DNA of 64,000 nucleotides from Bradymonadia bacterium (GTDB lineage Bacteria > Myxococcota_A > Bradymonadia > UBA7976 > UBA1532). Of the stretch, positions 29,901 to 36,131 are shown one piece after another. The translations under genes were made by a program, and so were the position numbers. Where the stretch lies: NCBI GenBank assembly GCA_046290225.1, contig JBKAGE010000078.1:384001-448000 (forward strand). The letters run 5' to 3'. The notes under the pieces were generated by a model. The model made no database searches. It saw only the letters and a program-made list of their open reading frames with translations, and was not told where the DNA came from. How positions within the stretch are numbered: the stretch's first letter is position 1; each line of letters begins with the position of its first letter.

Positions 29901-32472
29901 GGCTCAGCGTGATGGCGGCCTCGAGATCATCGGCCTGGACCTCGAAGACACGGGCCCAGGTGCCCAGGGCCGCGCCCTCGTCACCGAGCTCCACCTTCTG
30001 TACCCGGGCCATGCGCTTGAGCAGATCGACCTTGAGAGGCTGCTCGTCGGCAGCGCGCACCTGCTCATCGAGCAACCGCACAAAGCCCGTCAGCTCGCCA
30101 CGCTCGGCGAAGAGCCCCTCGAGCGAACGCCAGTCCTGGGCCTGTAGATACACACCACGGAGGAAGGCCTCTGCCTGACGGTCTTGCACGTTGAGGCGGA
30201 GCACCGCCCGCCACGCCTCGGTGGCGCGAGCTTCGTCACCGAGCTGGTCGGCGCAGATCGGCGCCAGCTTCTTCAGCCAGAGGAGGCGATCTTCGTCGCT
30301 CTCGGTGAGGCCGATGCGCTCCGTGAGCAGATCAGCCAGGGGGCCCCACTGAAGGGTCTTGCGATACAGGATCTCGAGGGCCTCCCACGCCTCGCCGTGA
30401 TCAGGCTGGGCTGCGAGGACCTGCCGCCAGAGATCGATGGCCTCGCCCTCGCGCTTGAGGCGCTCCGTGGCCAGGGTGGCCATCTGCTGCAGGCGAGCCA
30501 CCCGGGCGTCGCCTTCGAGAAGCTCGAGCTGGAGGCCATAGGCCTCGTACACCTTGGGCCACATCTTGCGGCGGGTGTAGAGCTCGATGAGGCTCGAGAT
30601 CGCCTCCTCGTCTCGGGGCTTCACCGCCAGCAGGGCTTCGAGATACACGATGGCCTGCTGCGGGTTGGAGAACTGATCGAGCCAGAGCTGAGCGATGCGT
30701 CGGAGCAGCGCCACCTGAGCGTCGGTCTCCCCCACCTCGGCAGCGAGATCGGCCCGACGGCTCAACACACCGATGAGGTCGTTCCAGCGGCGCTTCTTCT
30801 CGAAGGTAGACTCGAGGGCGTCGAGGGCCTCGGTGTTCCCCGGCTGGAGCAGCAGGATCTGGTTGTAGGTGTTCACCACCATCACCTCGAGGTGGAGGCG
30901 ATCGCGGTAGATGGTGATCATCTGGCTCAAGATGCCCACCCGCCCCTCGACATCGTCTTCGGGGAGCAGGTTGTAGTCTTCCTTGAGCGACTCGAGCAGG
31001 GCGTTCCACTTGCGAGTGCGCTCGAACAGACGGCGCAGGGCGTCGCGGGCTTCCCCATTGTCGGGATCGAGCTTGCGGATGCCCTTCCAGACATCGATGG
31101 CCTTGTCGGGGCTGTTGAGGGCGTTCTCGGCCACGTCGGCCATCTGACGACCGATCTCGAGCTTCTTCGCCAGCGACTCCGCCGCCGACTGGCGCGCACC
31201 GAGGGTGGCCAGCAGGCGTTTGTGATCACCAGCCTCTGAGTAGAACTGTGTGTAGAAGTCGAGCATCAGCCCGTTGCGGGGATCGTTGAGCTTGATGCGC
31301 TTGAAGTACCCCTCAGCGGCCTTGAGATCGCCCACCTTGCGCCACAAAATCATGGCGATCTGGACCAGCATGGCCCCTTCGTCGTGACCCCGGCCCCGGC
31401 TGCGGAGCGCGGCCTCGTACACCGCCACCAGCTCGTGCCACGACTCTTTCTCGCTGTAGTAGTCGACGCAGAAGTTGAAGGCGTCCTGGTGCGCCGGATC
31501 CACCTTCAACAACGCCCGGGACCATTGCGCCGCCCGGGGCAGATCTTGGAGCGCCTCTCGGGAGATCGTCACCATGCGCTGCAGCAGAGCGAGTCGATCG
31601 GCCTTGCGGGTGGTCTTGGCGAGCTGCTCTTCGAGGAACTTGAGCAGATCCTCGTACCGACCATTCTCTTCGAAGTAGTGCTCGAGCAGGATTCGAGCCT
31701 GATCGTTGCGGGGTTGACGCTCCAACACCCCGCGGAGCAACCCCTCGATGCGCTCGTCTTCCGGGTACTCTCGAAGCAGGACCTCCACCGCCTCGAGGAT
31801 CATCGCCGACTTGCGGCGGGTGTCCCGGATGCCCTCGACCTGCTCCAGCAGCGCCTGCACCTTCGCCTGCCCCTCGGAGCGGGCGTGATCGATCAGCTCG
31901 GCGAACTCACCGGCTCGGGGATGCTCCGGGGCGAGCTTGAAGGCCTGCCGGACGCAGAGCACTGCGTCATCGGTGGCACCGAGGCTCAGACAGATCTCGG
32001 CCATCTCGAAGTAGAGGCTTGCCTGGGCGTCGCTGTCTCCAGTGGCCTCCACCTGGATGGAGTAGAGCCTGAGCACCATCTCCCAGTTCTCTTGCATCTG
32101 GTAGATGGCCCGGGCGGCAGCGAGTGCCCCCACCTGATTGGGATCGAGCTTGAAGGCCCGCTGATACCTCAGCATGGCCTGCTCGAGCTCACCGAGCTTC
32201 AGCTCCAGCACCTGACCGACCAGGAAAGCCAGCGAGGCCCCCTGTACCGGATCGTCCACCAGACCCCCCTGATGTTCGAGGGTCTCTGCACACCTTTGCC
32301 AGAGCCCCAGAGCCTCGTCTTCGTCGAGGTGCTCTGCTTGGAGCGCATAGGCCTCGACCAACGTCTCGTAGGCGCCCTCTTGGATCAGAGAGGCCTCGAG
32401 GGTGTTGAAGGCGTCGATGTTCTGGGGGTCGTCTGCCAGCTGCTTCTGGAAGGTCTCGATGATGTCCTGCAT
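20968..32472 (-). CDS. Giant tetratricopeptide-repeat protein, 3834 aa (AgmK-like)
   Basis: Continuous TPR-like helical repeats (A...W..VL...P.....AL..LE.LY....W..L); size and style match myxobacterial AgmK-type proteins; no signal peptide. Confidence 0.85.
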   Translation of the reverse strand: MQDIIETFQKQLADDPQNIDAFNTLEASLIQEGAYETLVEAYALQAEHLDEDEALGLWQRCAETLEHQGGLVDDPVQGASLAFLVGQVLELKLGELEQAMLRYQRAFKLDPNQVGALAAARAIYQMQENWEMVLRLYSIQVEATGDSDAQASLYFEMAEICLSLGATDDAVLCVRQAFKLAPEHPRAGEFAELIDHARSEGQAKVQALLEQVEGIRDTRRKSAMILEAVEVLLREYPEDERIEGLLRGVLERQPRNDQARILLEHYFEENGRYEDLLKFLEEQLAKTTRKADRLALLQRMVTISREALQDLPRAAQWSRALLKVDPAHQDAFNFCVDYYSEKESWHELVAVYEAALRSRGRGHDEGAMLVQIAMILWRKVGDLKAAEGYFKRIKLNDPRNGLMLDFYTQFYSEAGDHKRLLATLGARQSAAESLAKKLEIGRQMADVAENALNSPDKAIDVWKGIRKLDPDNGEARDALRRLFERTRKWNALLESLKEDYNLLPEDDVEGRVGILSQMITIYRDRLHLEVMVVNTYNQILLLQPGNTEALDALESTFEKKRRWNDLIGVLSRRADLAAEVGETDAQVALLRRIAQLWLDQFSNPQQAIVYLEALLAVKPRDEEAISSLIELYTRRKMWPKVYEAYGLQLELLEGDARVARLQQMATLATERLKREGEAIDLWRQVLAAQPDHGEAWEALEILYRKTLQWGPLADLLTERIGLTESDEDRLLWLKKLAPICADQLGDEARATEAWRAVLRLNVQDRQAEAFLRGVYLQAQDWRSLEGLFAERGELTGFVRLLDEQVRAADEQPLKVDLLKRMARVQKVELGDEGAALGTWARVFEVQADDLEAAITLSPHYEQTAQWDELVDTLEVQLDHEHGDPQTLMQTLAEIHEHKREDLPAAYMWRANALQRQPEDAACLSEAIRIAEAGEQWGPLTDLLGVLVRSVQTPEVEVEMHRALAHMNAGPLNEPAQAVAHYERVRELSGDSPEVLGALAGLYQGLGASEELLGIYTAQLDAAEGDATAQVEILTAIGGLHENVREDAAAAQAAYTGILALEPSHLDAIQGLQRLSAVAGEQEALVGYLEQELALTEAAPRRAELLMRLGGLCEETGHGDHAIGRYGEVLAIEGTHAGAIEALAAHLNGPLSADAAEVLEPHLRAAGDAFGLHRVLSLLVDAEGEGSFEEKRRARLAELAALRRDALADHDGAFEAYARLLNFDPSDEEVRGELEAIAAAHRLWAQLVEVYQTFAVAGDQVTLSGEQAPAYSRRVALLQEERLSDVQGARLTLETLAGAEGDTLEVLEILDRLNTRLEDWRGLVGVCERKVACLEGEAQIPVLFRVADLWEEVLEDPEAAVVALRRILDIDPRQGRALNALERIFRNTGRHADLAGLLRRRLEITDAAEETQARVELLYQLAQVLEHQLGDLEGALVCYGEVFTLDTEHRPSLEAVEHMLAHLQGDTEHADGPQLRAHVCDLLSPIYTQREAWALCIHLAEVRLSDAETPADRVALRSRIAELKEHRLHDQPGALVVYSEAFEDDYGNPQVLAELQRLAAMTEGWPALVQVLRGPLDVEGCDIEAEVQRSMLALISVLYDRRLDEANEAIAALVRLLDLFPEDTEALARLDALYFKVGDADALAEILERRVVLEAEEDPRVALLVRLAQVYESELEAPRQAIKAWSQIRALRPEGLDAHVALERLFTAVEDHRALVEVLLDHGARAEAVEDRKALLFKAAALLEQPLEERDDAVSVYRDILELDAEDTRALGELDRLFSELERHEALLEILTRELGLAEGDDGRNAFELRMGRLLWGPLGQPEEALACFNHIVARTPDHGGARDGLESLLEAPEVRLAACRSLEPIYTAAGHHLALRDTLRLTLADRPEEEQIPTLLQIAILEEEALEQPVSAFETLSEAYTSSGGRADIREGLERLAGTTDSYGELADLLSEISMTDETEAVTVHLKIAEIAHTHLDDVNRAIEEYRQVLALVEGEPRALDALEVLYDQVGDDVALVQILAEKAERTAEAESRRSLRARRAGIWETRLGDLPEAIDTWRSVLADDRHDVGAFTELERLLSLSERWPELTQLYEARLGDVTEDPARADLEFKLGEAWERHLGEGEKALGIYKGILDRMSAHEAARGALEALFGEEDRAAQAGISTLSAGLILEPHYRRDEQFAALVLVLEARQRDPEVETEARVTLLREIAEIHSGRLGDDAAAFGACIRAFPLAPALEANRAEATRLAQAALTLDRLVNAYHDVIGEIADPALKVVLYLELGHIEEQIRGLDEAARDCYRAVLEIEPGHQKAIELLVALYTRTEAFEDLVALYLNRAEAEEAVEDQKSLLFKAAGLLDETLGDVDRALGALRRVREIEPGNVPAFDDVERLLTREARWAEQAELISAQIDHADEAATRAGLRTRLGDVLNLRLGDQAGAIEAWHTVIVEDDPQHAVALESLEQMLETLSDDPPMPLQDHVARLLEPIYADQDRWQDWIIVLEVQLRFVSEPWGRVEILSRMAKAQEERLADKVAAFDAWRRAFAEDYGNPDLQAPLDRIAGEIEAWQPLVEAYLGGIESFGDLEAAAEILHKVAGVYETRLGADEPAVECYRRVLLIDDSRMSALDALEGIYTRHHDHEGLVEILGRKAEIVSETPAKIALLERMAHLHTAELDRPSEAIDTWRRVLDEDPEHVQALDALAALYTHIEDWDQLTNALREKLEVAPLDDEGRRQLQYRIADLCEVRLEDVDEAIFTWRSVREAAPRDERAIESLKRLYRAETRWGELIDLLEGERAHCVESDPESTALDVLDLAIGEVLRAHLGQIAQAIEMYGELLDRRPDDAETTPQAVEALEGLLDDYDHRLQASRVLERHYSAVEAHEALARILELQLEETQERAERLTLFCRLARIHRDHLGDAQGAFDFFGLAFQEDPTEAEVVQALDTLGAELQAFDRVAELYAGQAAAVLDATVSQALSRKLALIYEQELSEPIQAIDAWRAVLRADPYDAEALKALDALYLGQQDWPALIEILRSRIELAEEGEMVELRFRLGYLLEAVEGDLAGALTLYRQVLWDQADHRYALEAMERLAVNLEHREAVAEVLDPIYREAELWEKVAILTEMRVELADDARDRATLWGQIAQIREGNLTDTEGAFQAQRLAFVEDPEDEDVRGEFLRLGAELKAWSSMIEAIEHAQDAINDVDLRLEDQIRMAQWCRDEIGDLGEAVRHYQVALDYDGENDDALTALEALYTEAESWSALAEVHRVRAASLFDLDEKKARLLKLGALCAEALEDLDGAVSAYEEILDIDDADADALGALEGLFEGHGRHSDLVGILERRVDVTMDSEELIGLHRRIGVLCRDALDDIERAADAFERALDHDAGDAESLAALTQLYTQLASWDRLQDVYVKEMTAAEDESKRFDVLMAMGDNAEERLQRRDDAMEYYRQALAQRSDHQGAFEKLTGLYRQSDRWYDLVDTLNEHLDAIRDQGDQDRVLKLHLEMAEVCELHLHDMGRAVEHLNAVLAVDDHHPGALNRLASLHETSGEWAACAEVLEKAIEHAPEGPDRAESWRRLGLLRLDQLDDVEGGKAALQKAVDEASDVVAIDRLIQLATGAHEDGSDDTAALIELNTLKLAALEGEARVPALLTLGALCKGTGDHGAALGHLEAAYGLQSNDLQVADQLIEAYLDADRGDDAEPVIRGIIDDLKSRRRFKALFKYNFHLGRIYEARGDQEAALEAYTACFEYDATYLPNLSRLGHIYVDRAEWPRALKIFQTMLLHQMKMKTPAEKVDVFYNLGVIREQMGDARKARDMYNRALGFDPAHEESKAALARL

Positions 32473-32678
32473 CCCGGGGAGGCTCCGGTCTCACCCCGTC
32501 TGGGGTGTGCCTGAACGAACGGTTGAGTCGACTCAGGGGTCGTGCGAGCGCCCACCACCCCCACCAAGGCACCTGAAACCCTGGGGGAAGACACGGTGGT
32601 GAAGTCCGGGCATGGTACAAGTCGCCCTGGCGGATCACAACCGGTTCTCCAGGGAACAGACACAAGAAATAATTAAAG

Positions 32679-33488
32679 ATGAAGAAGGTAAACCAACCCC
32701 CTACATCTACCTTTCTTGTAGGTCCTGGGGTGGCCCTCGGCGAGGGCATTTTCGAGACGATGAGGGCGGTCGACGGCACCATTCGACACTGGTCTTCGCA
32801 TCGTGAACGGCTTCTTCGAAGTCATCGGGCGCTGTCCGGAGGACTCTGGCGCCCTGATCTGGACACGCTGCCTCTCCTGAGATGGGTGACCGAACACCTC
32901 GAAACACGACAGTTGATGCATGGGGAGGCCCGCGTGCGTCTGGCCCTGCACGCAGGGCCAGCGGAAGGTGCTGGCGAGGTGATCGTTGATGCCAGGGCCA
33001 TGGCCCCATCGATCCAGCGCAGGCGCACCGGAATCAACCCGTGGATCGTGCCCTGGCGACCCCCGATCACAGCGGCGTGGAAAACAACCAGCTACCTGCC
33101 CTACCTTTGGGCCGCTCGGCTCGCCGACGCTCAAGCCCGAGAGGCTGGTGTCGCCGAACCTGTGGAGCCACTGCTCGTCGACGCCCACACCGCAGAGGTC
33201 TTGGAGGGGGCCACATGGAACATCTTCGTCGTGGAGGGCCGCACCCTGCGTACGCCGCCTCTGGACGGCCGGATTCTCCCCGGCACTTCACGTCATCAAC
33301 TCATCGAGCGCGCCCGCGCCCGCGGGTGGACGGTGGTCGAAGCCGCCGTCACCACGGAGATGCTCAGCAACAGCGATGGGGTACTGGCCACCAACGCTCT
33401 GCTGCCGGTGGCACCTCTGGCATGTCTGAACGGCCACACCCCCCTCGCCCACCCCACCACCGCACTCGCGGAGTTGGGCCTATGGTGA
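32679..33488 (+). CDS. Class IV PLP-dependent aminotransferase / 4-amino-4-deoxychorismate lyase-like
   Basis: GEGIFETMR, H.ERL, WKTTSY (PLP lysine), EGATWNIF, TPPL...ILPGTSR, TNAL. Confidence 0.85.
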   Translation: MKKVNQPPTSTFLVGPGVALGEGIFETMRAVDGTIRHWSSHRERLLRSHRALSGGLWRPDLDTLPLLRWVTEHLETRQLMHGEARVRLALHAGPAEGAGEVIVDARAMAPSIQRRRTGINPWIVPWRPPITAAWKTTSYLPYLWAARLADAQAREAGVAEPVEPLLVDAHTAEVLEGATWNIFVVEGRTLRTPPLDGRILPGTSRHQLIERARARGWTVVEAAVTTEMLSNSDGVLATNALLPVAPLACLNGHTPLAHPTTALAELGLW

Positions 33489-34102
33489 AGATGGTCCTGT
33501 GGGGCTTCATTTGCCTCGGGCTCATGGGATGTGGTGAGGGTGCTCGGGAGGTGGTCCCCTCTCAGTGCGATCCATACGCAAACACTGGCTGCAGCGAGGA
33601 CGCAATCTGCCGAATCGTCGGCGACGGCCAGACGCTGTGCCTTGCTCAGGAAGCCCAGCCCGAGGCGCCGTGCAGTCCTGGCAGCTGTGCCGCGGGGGAG
33701 GCCTGCGTAGAGATCGAGGGTTTGCTGGGCTGCAAGGCCATCTGCAGCCCTGAGGGCGACTGTGAAGACGGCGCCAGCTGCGCCTACCGTGTGGGCGATT
33801 CGCCTTGGCGGCTGTGCATCCCGCCTTGTGATCCTCTGGAAGGCTGCGGCCCCTCGGCCACCTGCGCCCCAACCCCCATCCTGCCCTACCCCCAATGCGT
33901 CGCCGACGGCACTCTCGACGAGGACGATCCATGCGGAGGCGCGGAGCGGTGCGGTCACGGACTCGTCTGTATCCAACAGGACGGCGCAGCGCGGTGTCTG
34001 CCGCTGTGTACCCCGGACGATGCGGTGCCGTGCCCGGAGGCTCAGAGCTGCCTTGGGGAGATCCCCGGCTTCACCACCATCGGGTTCTGCCCTGGGGGCT
34101 GA
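33482..34102 (+). CDS. Cys-rich lipoprotein
   Basis: MVKMVLWGFICLGLMG-C lipobox; CDP....C, C...C.P repeats; overlaps upstream stop. Confidence 0.8.
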   Translation: MVKMVLWGFICLGLMGCGEGAREVVPSQCDPYANTGCSEDAICRIVGDGQTLCLAQEAQPEAPCSPGSCAAGEACVEIEGLLGCKAICSPEGDCEDGASCAYRVGDSPWRLCIPPCDPLEGCGPSATCAPTPILPYPQCVADGTLDEDDPCGGAERCGHGLVCIQQDGAARCLPLCTPDDAVPCPEAQSCLGEIPGFTTIGFCPGG

Positions 34103-34110
34103 TTCGACGC

Positions 34111-35283
34111 TCACATCTGCGTGAGCATCGCCTCCAGCTCCTTGCGCCAGACCGGCTCCTGCGCTTCGAGGACGTGCAGCTCGATCTCGAGCATCTCCAG
34201 GGCCGGGTGGGTCTCCATGCACAGCTCGTCGTGCTCGTCGGGGGTGGCCCCGAAGCCCATGTAACCCGCCAGGGCGTCTGCGAGTGAGATGGCCGACACC
34301 AGCCGTACGTGGTTGAACGACTTCTGAGGCTGATGATGAAACATCGACACCTCGCTGAACGACTCGTCGAAGCCCCACTTCGACAGGAGCGTCGAACCAA
34401 ACTGTCCGTGCAAGCCCGAGATCGTCTTGTCGATCTCTTCCAGTGAAAACTGCCCGCCCATGGGGTGCTCTCGGGCCATGTCGTCGAACATCTGCACCAG
34501 CAACGCTCTGCCGATGTCGTGCAACATGCCATGGAGAAAATAGGTCGGGCCGTGGGCCTCGTCGAGCTCGCCGGCGATGTGTTCGGCGATGAGCGCCGTC
34601 GCCAGGCCGTGGTGCCACAGATCGAGCAGCTCGCCCTGAATGTCGGGTGCGCCGAAGCTGAACAGGCGCTGATTGCAGATCGCCAGCAGATACTTGCTCA
34701 GCTCTCGATAACCGATGCGGACCACAGCCTCGTGCAGATGCTTCGGCGGTCGCCCGCCCCGCGTGTAGAACGAGCTGCTGGCGATGGCCATGATCCGGGT
34801 CGACAGCATCGGATCCGTACGCACCAGATCGATGATGCGGTCGACATCGTGCTCAGGATCGGAGAGCAGCTGATTCAGCGTGATCGTCGTCTGGGGGATG
34901 CTCGGCAGCCGCAGCTCCGAGTTCCGATATCGATCCACCACAGCCTGAATGGGTGATCGCACACCCCGATTGGTGGCGCGACGCAGATCTGCGAGGGCTG
35001 CGGGCTCTGCTTCGGAGTTCTCCTCGATGAGGGCCGCATCGGGCCCTGCGCTGGGGCCAAAGTCGAGCTCGAGGGTGCGGTCCACCCCTTCTTTGAGACC
35101 TGCGAGGTAGATCGACGCAAAGAGTTTGCGCATGGCCTCACGGCCGCCACCGGTGAAGGCGCTCATCAGCCGTTTGGCGAGCTGATCGTCCACCGCTCGA
35201 CTCAAGAGCGTGTCGATGGCCTGCCCCTCGGGGACCACCACCCCTACCCCTCTGTACTGCAGCCGGCCCACCGCCATCTCCAT
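34111..35283 (-). CDS. HDOD domain-containing protein
   Basis: LPSIP, DP.LS.RIM.IASS, EAVVRIG, LWHH, GMLHDIGR, H...G..LL.KWGF, FHH.P. Confidence 0.9.
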   Translation of the reverse strand: MEMAVGRLQYRGVGVVVPEGQAIDTLLSRAVDDQLAKRLMSAFTGGGREAMRKLFASIYLAGLKEGVDRTLELDFGPSAGPDAALIEENSEAEPAALADLRRATNRGVRSPIQAVVDRYRNSELRLPSIPQTTITLNQLLSDPEHDVDRIIDLVRTDPMLSTRIMAIASSSFYTRGGRPPKHLHEAVVRIGYRELSKYLLAICNQRLFSFGAPDIQGELLDLWHHGLATALIAEHIAGELDEAHGPTYFLHGMLHDIGRALLVQMFDDMAREHPMGGQFSLEEIDKTISGLHGQFGSTLLSKWGFDESFSEVSMFHHQPQKSFNHVRLVSAISLADALAGYMGFGATPDEHDELCMETHPALEMLEIELHVLEAQEPVWRKELEAMLTQM

Positions 35284-35528
35284 CGGGTTCGGGCTCGCTC
35301 CTTAGAGCGGGCATCGCCATCACCAAACACTCTTTGATCATCGGCAGATCGGCGGTGTCACTGCCCGCGACACGCCCTCTGGGGACCCAGGGTCGGCCCA
35401 GACCCAGCTGGGTCATGGCCCTTTATCTGGCGCGAGTCTAATCTTTTCAGCGGGTTCTGCTCCGATACGGTCAATGACCAGGGTCATCCTCAACCCACCC
35501 CATCGACGGGGCAATGGGCTTTTACGTA

Positions 35529-35544
35529 TGGCACATCTTCTGCA
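35529..35544 (+). promoter_or_regulatory. sigma54 (-24/-12) promoter
   Basis: TGGCAC-ATCTT-CTGCA (GG-N10-GC); predicted TSS ~35555, just upstream of the riboswitch. Confidence 0.7.
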
Positions 35545-35583
35545 TCCTCTACTTGGCGCATCGTCGAGGTCATGTCGGCCTCG

Positions 35584-35666
35584 GCTCTACGAAATGGCAA
35601 ACCGCCGGCAACGGTGGGACGCAAAGCCAGGGGTCCCATAGGGATAGCCCAGCCATCGAACGGAGC
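35584..35666 (+). ncRNA. Cyclic di-GMP-I (GEMM-I) riboswitch aptamer
   Basis: GGCAAACC-GCCG-GCAA-CGGT-GGGACGCAAAGCCA-GGG-GTCCC ATA GGGAT-AG-CCC-AGCCATCGAA matches the GEMM-I consensus with GNRA tetraloop; lies in the 5' UTR of 35673. Confidence 0.88.
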
Positions 35667-35672
35667 ATTCCC

Positions 35673-36035
35673 ATGCGTCGTGCAGTCAAGAAGGCCGCGA
35701 TCTCCCTCATTTCCACCTTTGCTCTGGTCTGCCTCGGCGGCCAGGCGCTGGCGGCGGACACTGAGACCGTCGAGGATATGCTGGAGGCCGGTGGCCAGGT
35801 GGATTTCAACTTTGAGGTCGATCCCATGTTGGTCCCTCCGACCATCTCGCCCTCTCAGGTGATGACCGTGACCACCACCCGTGAGGGCGACACGGTCAAG
35901 GGTGTGGTGTTGCTGGTAGACGGGCGCAACGTGCCCTTCACCATGACCCACTCCCGGCCTCTCATCCAGGACCAGGCCCCCCGGCACATCGCCGATGGCG
36001 GAGTCCTCGGGGCCGAGGCCATCGCCCAGAACTGA
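35673..36035 (+). CDS. Small secreted hypothetical protein (120 aa)
   Basis: GGAG RBS; Sec signal MRRAVKKAAISLISTFALVCLGGQALA. Confidence 0.75.
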   Translation: MRRAVKKAAISLISTFALVCLGGQALAADTETVEDMLEAGGQVDFNFEVDPMLVPPTISPSQVMTVTTTREGDTVKGVVLLVDGRNVPFTMTHSRPLIQDQAPRHIADGGVLGAEAIAQN

Positions 36036-36131
36036 GCCTCTGTGGGCTCGGGAGCTTGAAAACCATTTTCCACGGCGCCTCCTTTGGGCTAAGACCGCTT
36101 CCCGGTCCCACACCCAGCAGGAGGCAATGTC

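Noticed and set aside
36055..36083. sigma32-like promoter before lon (CTTGAAA...)
   Set aside because: The -10 element (CGCCTCCT) is a poor match to CCCCATNT
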